Part shown: one piece after another, positions 1-11,617 of the stretch
Position numbering within the stretch: position 1 is the first letter of the stretch
Layout: each line of letters starts with the position of its first letter
Origin: Macrostomum lignano
Lineage: Eukaryota
NCBI GenBank assembly: GCA_002269645.1
Contig: NIVC01003004.1
Location: 1 to 64,000 of the forward strand
Length of the DNA stretch: 64,000 bases
Direction of reading: 5' to 3'
Notes under the pieces: generated by a model
Database searches by the model: none
Told to the model about the DNA's origin: nothing
What the model saw: the letters and a program-made list of their open reading frames with translations, nothing else
Translations under genes and position numbers: made by a program

Positions 1-29
1 TATAATTTTCTCTACCCCCGATAAACGCC

Positions 30-1007
30 ATGAAAGTGTCAACTTATCTGTGCCTTTGCTTCCTGACTCTTGCTGGCACATTGCTTGGAGGTAAGATTCA
101 AAGCAATCACACGATTGCAAGGCTTCAGTGTAATCCTGCTTATTAGACACCTGTGATCCACCCATGCACTGAGAAATCACCCTGATCCACCCCAGACACT
201 GAAAATCACTCCTGATCGCGACCGCGGACTCTAAGAATCATTCCTATTAACTCATTCCCATTAATAGATCTGCTAATGTTTGCTTAACTAATAGATGATT
301 TTGAACTTTTCGAAAAACATTTTTGTTTTTTAAATATTGAATATATTATAAATGGAAAAAGTTAATTTAAAAATAACTGCAACATACGCAAGCAGTAGAG
401 TTTAAATAAAATACAACACGGTTATATTATCGATCTTAGGTAAATGACCCTATTGATAATACATGTATGATTATACCAAACAGACACAGTCATCAACTTA
501 ACTATTTAATGCATTTCAACATTCAAAATTGCAACTGCAACACCCGAAAACACAGAAGCTGCAGCCAGAGGCGGTCGTGGCGCCAGTTGGTCATCCTCCT
601 CCTACAGCTCGTACAGGTCCTCAACATATTCACATTCATCATCCCATGACTCTAGTGGCGACAGTGGTTACTCTTCAGCTGACGTCCTCCTGATCTCATT
701 GCCGTTGGCAAGTGTTTCAATTCTGCTGACTCCAGTTATTATCCTTTGCTGTTGTAAGCACTGTTACTGCTGTCATAAGCACTGCCACAATGAAGAGTAT
801 CTGGAGAGGCCGCGGAACCGGGAGACCACTGTGACAGATGTGCCGGGAGCTGCAGCAGCAGCCAGCAACTCATCTCCCCCCTACCCAGCTGACGCGCAGC
901 ACAGGCCCAGCAGCATCGACAACCCGGAGCCGTCCACTCCGCCGCCCACCTACGAGTCTTTTATCGCGCGAAAGCGGGCCGTATGTAGAAAGCGATGTCT
1001 AGGGTAG
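30..1007 (+). CDS. Small type-I single-pass membrane protein (signal peptide, Ser-rich ectodomain, TM, Cys cluster, PPxY tail); Shisa-like/WBP1/VOPP1-type architecture
   Basis: Exon 1 is 30-90 (MKVSTYLCLCFLTLAGTLLG, GT-AAG donor, phase 1). Exon 2 starts at 556 or 559 (tandem CAG/AAG acceptor, both in frame) and is open to TAG at 1007: AAARGGRGASWSSSSY...VLLISLPLASVSILLTPVIIL-CCCKHCYCCHKHCH...SPPY...PPPTY. Extends ORF-track 699..1007 upstream. Confidence 0.7.
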
Positions 1008-1823
1008 TCTATGCTTGACACACTCGTATCTTGGTACTGGCAGCTTTTAGCAGAACCTGGCTGCCCTCGAAGGGATAAACCAAGGGCACTGTGTCCCGAT
1101 GCTACTGGCAGGTGGCATTGAATCAGAGCATTGAATCTACACCCATGTCAGAATCCTAGGGCCGCCAAATAAGCAATTTCGAACGAATTAGTCAACCAAA
1201 AAGCTTCCATTGGATTAATTTATTGTTCACTTTGTTAGTTACAGATTCCCACACACTTGCTAGTCGCTTTCTACATGCTGGACTTTGCACTTTGGACCGA
1301 ATAGCAGGTGGGTGTTTATCCAAGGCAGCCAGAAGCACACTTTCATGGTTCTGCGTCATTCTCTGGTGCTCTTCTTTGATAGAGTTTGCTTACAAAATTT
1401 CTTTTGAGTCTTTGGGAAGCATTCCAAGAAGCGGTGATTTCAGCTACGCTCGTTTTCAGTAGTTAGTGCGCATATTTGTCAGTAGTTGAAAACGAGCATT
1501 AAATTACCTTTTTATTTAGCTGTGTCAGCGTAAGACTTAGTATGCCTTTGCATGACCAGTGTAAGATTATAACCAGCAGAGTGAGTCAGAGAGAAAGCAA
1601 TCGTCTATACATTTTCCAGGGTCAGAAGGCTGTTGGACAGCAGTGTATTTTTAAAGAAAACTAAAAAGTTGGCTCAAAATAGCGGACCCACCCCTCTACA
1701 CAATTCTGCGGCAGAGCCCCTCCCCGGGCTGATCCGCGTCTAGCCTAGCTAGACTCCCCGTTTAACGACAAACAACAATGTAGACCGGGTTAGTTGAATA
1801 TGGTTTAAGCAGACAAGTATTGA

Positions 1824-2109
1824 TTTTGTCAGCCTAACTGAGAATAAAGCCATCCAAAGTGAGAATCCTGCCTACGCTGACTGCGAAGGGCCTGGCTGCG
1901 TGCAGCCTTAGTCTATGGGCCATAGACAATAAAGGACAAGCAAAGTGATAAAAAGCCATCCAATGTGAGAATCGATGGTCTTTTAAAACTTTGCTTGTCC
2001 TTTATAGTCTATGGCTCATAGACTAGGCTGGACGCAGCTAGGCCCTTCGCAGTCAGCGTAGGCAGGATTCTCACTTTGGATGGCTTTATTCTCAGTTAGG
2101 CTGACAAAA
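1824..2109. mobile_element. Fold-back/MITE-like long inverted repeat (~122-bp arms, ~41-bp spacer)
   Basis: 1824-1946 is the reverse complement of 1988-2109 with about 5 differences. Each arm contains a TAGTCTATGG-N-CCATAGAC-like near-palindrome. Confidence 0.7.
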
Positions 2110-2452
2110 CCAATAGTACACAAACGGCAGAAACAACAAAATAATACACAGAATCAAAGCAAGGGAAAGCAGCTAGCGTCTGCTCTGCTAAAAATTTTAG
2201 CTGCGTTATTTTATTGCGATTAAATAGATTTTTTCGTCCATGTCCATAGACTACTGACGATTAGTTTTCAGCAGTGCAAGCGAACATTTGTCCCGATTCA
2301 TTTTTCGGGTGTCATTTTCTATGCATTAGCTGAATGGGGAGTGGCCTATCTAGTGTATATTAGATCTATGGTCTGGACTAAGTTTTCTGCATGCGGCCCA
2401 AAGTCTGATAAATGTATTTTTGTACATTTTCTGTAAGTTTAAAAGTTGGAGC

Positions 2453-3137
2453 TGAGTCTTCAGTGCTGCCCTCAGCACACCTTTTTGAGTCTTCAGTGCT
2501 GCCCTCAGCACACCTTTCTGAGTCTTCAGTGCTGCCCCTCAGCACACCTTTCTGAGTCTTCAGTGCTGCCCCTCAGCAACCTTTCTGAGTCTTCAGTGCT
2601 GCCCCTCAGCACACCTTTCTGAGTCTTCAGTGCTGCCCCTCAGCAAACCTTTCTGAGTCTTCAGTGCTGCCCCTCAGCACACCTTTCTGAGTCTTCAGTG
2701 CTGCCCCTCAGCACACCTTTCTGAGTCTTCAGTGCTGCCCCTCAGCAAACCTTTCTGAGTCTTCAGTGCTGCCCCTCAGCACACCTTTCTGAGTCTTCAG
2801 TGCTGCCCTCAGCACACCTTTCTGAGTCTTCAGTGCTGCCCCTCAGCAAACCTTTCTGAGTCTTCAGTGCTGCCCTCAGCAAACCTTTCTGAGTCTTCAG
2901 TGCTGCCCTCAGCAAACCTTTCTGAGTCTTCAGTGCTGCCCCTCAGCAAACCTTTCTGAGTCTTCAGTGCTGCCCCTCAGCAACCTTTCTGAGTCTTCAG
3001 TGCTGCCCCTCAGCAAACCTTTCTGAGTTTTCTGCCCTCAGCACACCTTTCTGAGTCTTCAGTGCTGCCCCTCAGCACACCTTTCTGAGTCTTCAGTGCT
3101 GCCCCTCAGCACACCTTTCTGAGTCTTCAGTGCGGCA
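2453..3137. repeat. Minisatellite, 33-34 bp unit, ~20 copies
   Basis: Unit TGAGTCTTCAGTGCTGCC(C)CTCAGCA(C/A)ACCTTTC repeated head to tail with no unique spacers; internal GTGCTG/CAGCAC hairpin. Confidence 0.95.
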
Positions 3138-4755
3138 CCTTTGATGTTAATGTTTTATACCAGCTATGTTTTATTACAAAATCTCGTCTTAAAAAAATTT
3201 AATGGTGTAGTTGGAATGCATGTTTTCTAAATTGTCGAGTAGCCTTAGCTGAAATATTGTAGCCAATTGAACTGTATGTTTAAAGTTTTCACAACTAACC
3301 ATAATGATGTGTACATGAAAATACGCACCTATTATTTTTATCTTGTGTCAGGAGTTATTACAATTTTTACTAACCAATTAATAAATCGATGCTTGCCTGC
3401 CTGTTTGTTTTGCTGGCTAACTTCTGACGCATTTCTTTTAACATTTTTATTACCCTTTTGTTATTATTGACCTTGGTGCTGGCGCCTTCACGTAACTGGC
3501 GCCTCTATCTACTTAGCCTTCATGCACGAAGTATTGTCATCACGTGACCTTTTGTTATTCTACCTGTATCTGGTCCTGTTTATGTCACCAAATAAAATAA
3601 GCTGTGTGCAGTAGAAATAGATTTGCAAATTGTGCAACTGTTGTTCCCATTGCTTACCCTGTACTAATCTCTGCACGAAACACAATAGCATTTAGAGTAC
3701 ACAAAAAGCGCTAGTTTCTACTAACGGTTTTTTGGTGTACGGTTTTTTCATTTATGGCAGATGAGCGCTCTTTAATATCTTTCACTCTCTGCAATACTTT
3801 TAAATCGTAATCGAAATTCACGTCACATCCTATGTCGACGGTATTGAACGATTTCGGGCCACGAGCAAATTAAATAAAATGATGACTACATAGCTGCTCG
3901 TGTCCCACGCGGGCGAATTTGCTGCTTTCAATTCTTTTTTATCTATGGCCAAGCTTCTCAGGCGTAAAACCTGATAAAATCTCCCCCCACCACCAAAAAG
4001 TGTCGAGTCTTGGCCATAGATAGCCAGAATCGGTTGAATTTGCTGTTAGTTAGCAGTCGAGTGGGATGAGATACACGGGAGTTTAAATCGATGGGGCAAG
4101 ACAGAGCAAATAAAGATCTTCTTCGGTCACTCACGTGGGCATCTGCATCCCATGACTGCATCCCCACAGGCTGTTGCCTTTATTGAGCCAATTAACTAAT
4201 AGTCTATAACATGTAATACTATATTAGAAGACTTATGATTAATAAAAGTTAATATTGCTATAAGATGGATTTGTGCAAACTACAGAAAGTCTGAAAATTA
4301 ACTTTTACCGCAGCTGACCCATATAACTCGGCGAAATAAATTACCGAAAAGAAACAAGAAGTTCTACTTGGTCAAGTTCTATTGGGTCAAAAATCTATAA
4401 AAAATTGCAATATTCAATTCAGCACGAACCTTATTTACGCATAGTTTCAGCAAGTTATGAGCTAAAGTGACAGGAGAATCCTCATATTATTCCGCTGTTT
4501 TTGTTGCTATCTGCACCAATCAACTAAATGCCAGCTGTCACAGCTTGCATCGCACAGCGACCGAGTCAGTGGAATCGCAATATGATTGTGCTAGGACAAA
4601 TATATAGCTAGTTAAGCTCCTTTAGGCAGCATATGTGGGTCGAAATCTTCTGCAAGGTCATGTGGACAAGTGCCCAGTTATAGTCCTAAAGCAGCCGGCT
4701 GTGACACAACCTCAGTGTATCTGCTGTCGAGACCGAGAGACAACAAGCCAAACTA

Positions 4756-7700
4756 ATGAGCCGAGTGGCCAGGGACTTCTGCAGCTTTTTGTCCGCATTC
4801 CTAGCCGGTGTGTGCCTGGCGCTCGCAATCCACCAGTTTGTCTACCTTGCTTCTTACACAACGAATGCTCAGGTAGCCTCAGGTGCCGACTGCTACGCTC
4901 GAGAGGGCGGCTGCTCTCTTAACGCCAAGGTTGACTTGAAGTCGAAACACAGAGACGCAAAATCTGGCAATGCGTCACAGATCAGAATCTTCTGCTGGAT
5001 TATGGTGCCATACATGATGCCTCTAATGACCATGATGATCATAAATGAGTCCTGGGGTCCCAGATGCAACGGATTTGCTTTTGTGGCTCCTCGGATAGCC
5101 GTTGGTGAACTGAATTTGCCACTAATTGGTAAGTTACGCTGCCTACAGTGCAATTCGGCCCGAGTGGCAATTAAGCAGTATTTTCTTTACAAAAAGGTTC
5201 TTTCAGTATTTTTGTATTGTATTTTGATTTCTGCTGTCAAGATAGTACAGGACATTCGAAAATTCTTGTCACTTGTAGCAGACTTTTTGATGCATGGAAT
5301 TTTCAATTTATTTCAGGTTTTATTTATACTTGTGTCAGAAGAAGACATGAAGGGCAATATAAGTTATTACTTAAACAAATTAATTTTCACTGATTTTTTT
5401 GTTCAGATAATAAAATGAATGAGCTGGCTTAACTTTGTGTAAAATAGTGCAAAAATTGTGTGAAATAATTAAAACTTCGACTTAGATCATGCCCTAGCTA
5501 AGCCCCAGTCTAGCATATGCACAGATTCTAAAATAACTGGCCACTCAGGCATATCCTTAGTACGAGGTAAAACAGCTTTCTACTTTCAGTTCAGTAGCAA
5601 AACCGAATACATAAGCTATTTTATCAAAATAATGGCAGCTGAAATGACTTTGATAAGTTTAAAAGCCCAAGCTTGCAGGCGTAAACAACTGCTAATTGGG
5701 TCAGCAGTATGTACGTTAGCCAGTCCACTGAAATGTACATGGCAGCTTTAGGCTGGAATTCCGATAAAGGCAATAAAAATCAAGGTGGGAGGGGGTAGGA
5801 GTAGTAAGGCTTAAGCCTAAATGGCCTGGGCTTTAAAAATGCATTAAAACTGTTCTGTTTACCTTACTACTGAACTGAAAGTAGCTTACACGCAAGTGTG
5901 ATGAGTGGCGCATCTAGTTATTCTAGTATCTGTGAGCATCCGCAAAAATAATAGCAGCTTGTCTTGTATGGTCATTTTTTTCAACAAAGCGACATAGCAG
6001 AAAAAGTGTTTTGTACATTTATTTTACTCAGCACAGATGCCATTGTAAATAACTATTACCCAAACACAGGGACGAGTCAAAACGGTCATTATTACACCAT
6101 TGAGCGACTCCACCCGCAGATTTTTTCGAATTGCTAGGTGCAGGCATACTGCTATGATTTTATTAAACTAATTAAAAATTTGAGTGCGCTCCGAAACATG
6201 AGTACGCTAACTATATAATTTACCAAGAAATTTGTACACGGGTTAAATGTACATTGAGGAGCAGCTGTGGAATAATGGCCAAAATCAATTGCTATTGCAT
6301 CTGGGTGAAAGTACATGTACACTGCATAAGCGTCCTATACTTACGAAGTTCTAGACCGCAATGTATAACAAACACCAATCCGCAGACGTGAACGCCCCAG
6401 CATTCGAGGCGAGCCAGTTTCACACGGTGGAATGGAAACGAATTTGGCTGTCAGCCTGGCAGCTGCATAGCAACGGAGCAGAGCAGAAATACGACTATTT
6501 CCTGCTGGTGCGCTCAAAAAACTACGTGGTCGTGGAAAATGCTCGCCGCATGTTGAGCAGCCTGGACCCCAGTAAGCCGTTCATGCTTGGCAGGCGGATG
6601 CAACGGAAAGTCATCGAACTCCAGGGTGGTCAAGAGAGCTACGATGCCGACTACCTGACAGCGGACGCCGGTATTGTACTATCGAATGGCGCCTTCGCCA
6701 AGATGGTGACGCTCGGATTCAGTGGCACCAGCTCTGATCCAGTCATCCGACTGAACTGCGGCTCGCATAGCGTGACCAAGTCCTACGATACCCAGCTGTG
6801 TGAGTCAGCTCACTCGGTCAATCGAATTTCCAGTCAGGCTCGAATCCTGATACTTACTTGCTAGCCTTTACCCTGCTAAACAAATCCAAATAAGTATCGA
6901 GATTTATTATGTAAATTGGGTTTCTGCATTAACTAATCAGACCCCCAGATTCACAGGGGAGCGTTGATACAAGGTAGACTGATAGGCAATGGAATTAAAG
7001 TTTTAGCTATCGAAACTCAGTAGGTGACTAATACTGAAGCAACTTTTCTATTCTTTCTTTCTTTCATCCAAGTTTAGAGCATGCGTAAAATTGTCCAGCT
7101 ATTTTGTAATCAAAGCAGTTCTCAGTACTAATTAGTAATATATTACAGCGGGAAATTATCTAAGGATAAATGTTGAAATTTTCAGCGGCCTGCCTGAAGA
7201 GCCTGGGCGTAGAAACGATGGACAGCCGGGACAGCCGCGGCCGAGAGCGGTTCCACCCGGTGCCGCCTGGCAACCTGCTGGTGGACGGCCGAATGCCGGC
7301 CTGGCTGAGAAACGCCAGCTACTACAGACCGGTCCGAGCGGTACGGGTGCTCAGCGGGGGCAGCTAAAGTAGAAAGACCAAATTTTTCCCGCACTAAATT
7401 CCCAGTACATACAAGTTTTACTCACCTTCTGGACTTTTAAATTCAAAAATGAAGCATGTATTTTCGTCTGATTTTTTAATTTCTTGGAAGCAAGGGACTG
7501 TGTGTACCCTGGGGCACTTTAAGCGACATTGTCACACAACCGGTGAAAGGCATTACTGCCCATTCCGCCGACTCCCCTGAGCAGGCACACAAGCGCACGG
7601 ATATGTACGCAGTCATACGCAGAGGCACACACTCACACAGGAGTGTACAGCGATCCTTATTTATCGTTAGGCATGTACACTTCACTGTGCCTTGGGGTTG

Positions 7701-8115
7701 GACCACAAGGTCGTTAATTGCACGAGCAGAGCCAAGCCGAGATTCCGATTCAGCTCCGAATTAATGTGACGGCACTTGGAATCGAGCCTGCGTCGCTGGC
7801 ACATAACGCCGTGCTGGACCACTGGGGATACTTCATCCTCATATTTGCCCAGTCGCTTTCAATGTCATCTGATGAAGATATGAGCTCGAGTAGAACAACT
7901 TTGAGCAGTGATTAAGTGGTTATCAGATTGAGAACGACCTTCTGCTTATTTTAGTGGCTGAATTACATGTAATATAACTGAATTTAATTTTCCAGTGCCT
8001 GAGCTGTCCTAGTCCCGAGTCCGTCACCTTCTTCGACGTCACTGAGTTTCACAAGACCGACGCGCTGATTCGCCACATGGGACCGGCGCTGCTTCCGTAC
8101 AAGACGACAGTCTGA
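4756..8115 (+). CDS. Core-1 beta-1,3-galactosyltransferase (GT31, C1GALT1/Cosmc) family protein lacking DxD; probable pseudoenzyme, ~353 aa
   Basis: Exons 4756-5128, 6386-6799, 7186-7340 and 7996-8115 join in frame (phases 1,1,0; 1062 nt) at GT-AG sites. N-terminal TM, then RIFCWIM..WGPRCN, YDYFLLVRSKNYVVVEN..DPSKPFMLGRR, AGIVLS, DTQLSACLKSLGV..DSRDSRGRERFHP, CPSPESVTFF. Confidence 0.85.
5520..5934. mobile_element. MITE with CACAGAT(A/T)CT terminal inverted repeats
   Basis: Left end CACAGATTCTAAAATAACTGGCCACTCA; right end TGAGTGGCGCATCTAGTTATTCTAGTATCTGTG; second internal IR CTACTTTCAGTTCAGTAG / CTACTGAACTGAAAGTAG. Same terminus type at 62447-62684. Lies in intron 1 of the GT31 gene. Confidence 0.6.
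7484..7830 (-). mobile_element. SINE family B (tRNA-like head), copy 1
   Basis: Reverse-complement match over ~330 bp to 19905-20275; B-box-like GGCTCGATTCC near its 5' end. Confidence 0.7.
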
Positions 8116-8187
8116 AGAGAGATGATCATTGCCTAAATGACTCATTCTGTTTGGGCTCATTTACAAGAATTTTGTATGTACTCAGCT

Positions 8188-8493
8188 GGGGTTTTAGCCG
8201 AGTGGTTAGAGGGTCGGACCCACGACTTGAAGGTGGGGGGGGGGTTCGATTCCCCATGGCACTGGAACAATTTGTTTCCTTGAGCAAGACACTTGACTCT
8301 GCATTGCTTCAGTTCACCCAGCTGTAAAATGGGTGCCAGCATTATCTGGGGTAGTTGAGGGTGTGTGGCGACCCCCCAGTCCTTGGACTGAACAGCCGTA
8401 CGCAGCCTTCAGATGCACCGCGCAATAGCTGCGGCTGAGGTGTCGGTTGCACATCTGGCCCAATTGGGGCAGGTGTAATCAATGTTATTATCA
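8188..8493 (+). mobile_element. SINE family A (tRNA-derived, CORE-like domain)
   Basis: A box TAGCCGAGTGG, B box GTTCGATTCCC, then CCTTGAGCAAGACACTT..CAGTTCACCCAGCTGTAAAATGGG, shared 3' body and an (ATT)-like tail. Confidence 0.85.
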
Positions 8494-9443
8494 TTTCATT
8501 ACTCAAGTCCCTTAGCTAATGCTCTATTCTCTACTCACTCAAGGCTCGAAATAAAAAAGCAGAACTCACGTGACAGATTGACCCGGGAGTTGACCCGAAG
8601 ATACGGCCTCAACAGCCAAGCCTCGAAAACACTGATAATGAACGTCGCGGGCCCTTGCCTGAGGGCCTAAGATTTGAGCATTCTTCTATTAGTATAGGCT
8701 TTATGCTTGTTGTAAAGCGTGTTGTAAACTTGTTACACTAAGCATTAGGAGTTTTCTACTCGCACACTTTTAAGAATACATTTAAACTTGTATATTTTGA
8801 GCATAGCGCAAAAATCTTTCCTTTGAATCTAATTATTCTTTATTTTGGCATCTGTATTGCTACACTTTCAGTCTGGCAAGGACGTAAGATGGCCAACAAT
8901 TCAATCCAACGTAGAACTGGGATTGTATTTAATCAATGGAAATTGGAACGAAATTTTAAGCAAAAGCGACATTGGCAAAATCGACCATTTTTTGGCGACA
9001 GATTTTCAGTCTGTGTCCAGTTGAATCATTTTGGATTAATTTAGACGAATAGTGAATTACAATCGCGATCAAAATTGAGTCATTTGATAATGAATGAGCC
9101 CAGGACATGCACTAGTGTGGACACTTGCAAAAGCTTACGGCAGTTATTTTACAGTGACTGACAAAATAAACTCATCAAGCCACATATGAAAATTAATTGT
9201 TATAAAATAATCTACTTAGTAGAGCGTGACGTACATATCCAAGTAGGCGTAAATTTTTTTTGTTTTTTTAGTCAGAAATATTTGTTTCTAGTTAATTGCG
9301 GTCGCAATCCAACTACATTGTATAATTTTTGTCAGCGTATTTCTGAGACTGAAATTAAACATAAAAAGTTGGAACCGCTGCTAACTTGGCAAGCATGACA
9401 GTGTCTGTTGCGTCTTGAAATAGGTTTGCACTAATTCAATCTT

Positions 9444-11617
9444 TTACACAAATGTCCCCTTCTCGCTGTTGGGCTCTCCGGTGGCGGATAGCATCGGGTC
9501 GGCGTAGTCATTGTCGCGGATGGGCCTGGAATTCTTCGCGCTGGGACTGGCGCGATAGCTGTCCCACAGTTGCTTCACAACGTCGCTCACGACCGGGTCG
9601 CCGGCATTTTTGCTGATTATTCGTAGCACAAATGCGCCGTCAGCGCGCAGGTGCTCCTCCAGGAAGTCTCGGAGCATTCGGCGCTCCTGCTGGTCAGCCG
9701 GGGTGATGTACTTTTTAATGGTGGCGTATCGTCGCTTGGATAGCAGGGTCCACAGGAACCATGCGATTGCGTCCACAATGGTGATGATGGACACGAAGAC
9801 GAACAGAAACCAAAGAAATATGTACGCCTGTCGTGTAATTGGCAGGTGGCTAGTATTAGACTAGGACACACATGAGAAGTTATGGCTACTGATTTCACGT
9901 TGATTAAACCCTTGATTAATTCTTCATATCGGCTATCGTATTTTTTAACACCCTGTACTCTATGTAAAAACCTTTTATCCAAGGCTCACCTTTTCGTTAA
10001 ATAGGTTGACAACAAGAACGCATTGCAGGGTCCTCGGGTGCATATTTCCAAGCACTCGAATGTCAAAGTCGCACAGAGTGACTCTAGGAAAGTGCCCAGT
10101 GTGGTGCCAGTCGCGATTGTTGATCAGATCATTCAGCACCTCCCAGCCGTAGAACTTGTAGTCCGTGCCAAGGAAGCTGTTGAGCAGGAAGAACTGGCCC
10201 ACGACATTGGCGATAAACAGCAGCTTGATGCCGAGGTACATCATGGTGAGATAGTTGCCTGTCTTCGTGTAGCCGCAGAACAAGATGCGGAATATGAGTC
10301 GCTTCGTGCGCACAATAAGACCGTACTTCTGAGTGCGTTGCTTCACTATGGTGAGCTCGATGTGTCGCGTCAGCAAAGCAACTTTCTCCTGACGTTTCTG
10401 CTTATCATCCTCAAGGCAGTTTAAAGCGGTGGAAACCAGGTCGCTGATGTGAATTCCTGTGCAGTGGGTTGAAATATTGAGAGTTATAGCGCGAGTTTAT
10501 AGCTCAGTCGCTAGCATGCACATATTAGGTTATCTAGGCCCTACCTATGTGAATGCTCATGTCTGAATTTGGCTTCCAAGACTCTTCTATGAGCGTAATT
10601 GTCGGCTTTTACACTGAAGTACATATACCGGATGCTACAACTTACCGACCTGTAACTTTGTCACTAATTTTTTTACCCTAAATAGTACGAATACACACGG
10701 TAATAGTAAATATTTATTAGTTTGAGTGGTTGTTCCAGCAATAATATTAATAATAATTAATTACACCTGTCCCAATTGGGCCAAATGTGCAACCGACAGC
10801 TCAGCCGCAGCTATTGCGCGGCGCATCTGAAGACTCCTACGGCTGTTCAGTCCAAGGACTGGGGGGTCACCACACACAGCCTCAATTACCACAGCTAATG
10901 CTGGTATCCATTTTACAGCTGGGTGAACTGAAGCAATGCAGAGTTAAGTGTCTTGCTCAAGGACACAAATTGTCCCAGTGGGATCGGGAATCGAACCAAC
11001 GAACTTCAAGTCGTGAGTCCGACGCTCTAACCACTAGGCTACAACCCCTTCAATCCAGCTGGCTACAATCCAGCAATAGAAACAAGCAGTCATAGAGAGC
11101 GCGAGTTGTTTATGAGAAAAGCACACAAGCCATCTGTTCATTAGAATCCTGAACATTAACCAACGCATATTCTGGTCTGTATAACCGACATGAACCTGTA
11201 ATCGAGTTAGTCACCTGACTGCCAGTTCAGCAGCTTCCAAATCGCACTAGGCAAGTAGAACAGCAAAGCCTGCAGAGCCAGCACAAACGGCACCCACTGG
11301 TAGTAGGTGAGCTCTTCTCTGCTCCGATCCAGTTTGTCGCTTGGAATCGACTCGTTCTCTGGCACATAGTAGGTGTTCTTCACCCAGCAGTAGTTCTCGG
11401 CGAATTGCTCCCAGCCGTCCTTGAACTCGGGCGGGATCCAGCACTGAACCGGATCTCCAACCAGGTACATTTTCGTGCCGATTATGGTCGAAATGAAGAT
11501 TATAATAATCGGCGTATAGTACGAATTGATTCGGTCGACGGCATCCTCGTCGGAAATCCGGTGCTTGCGGCTGGTGAACTTCAGCTCCTTCACCTTGTCA
11601 AAGAACCCCGTATCCAT
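9444..11617 (-). CDS. inx: Innexin (gap junction/hemichannel protein), ~417 aa
   Basis: Exons 11617-11215, 10456-9990 and 9827-9444 join in frame (1254 nt). Hallmarks: DEDAVDRINSYYT, GDPVQCWIPPEF..WEQFAENYCWVKNTY, YYQWVPFVL, FPRVTLCDF, QCVLVVNLFNEK, YIFLWF. Confidence 0.97.
10740..11048 (-). mobile_element. SINE family A copy (innexin intron 1)
   Basis: Full-length reverse-complement match to 8188-8493, with a TAA-rich tail at ~10740. Confidence 0.85.

Noticed and set aside
2453-3137. CRISPR array
   Set aside because: Repeats are contiguous with no unique spacers, there are no cas genes, and the context is eukaryotic.
8188-8265. tRNA genes at SINE heads
   Set aside because: A/B boxes are present, but there is no closing acceptor stem and each runs into the SINE body.
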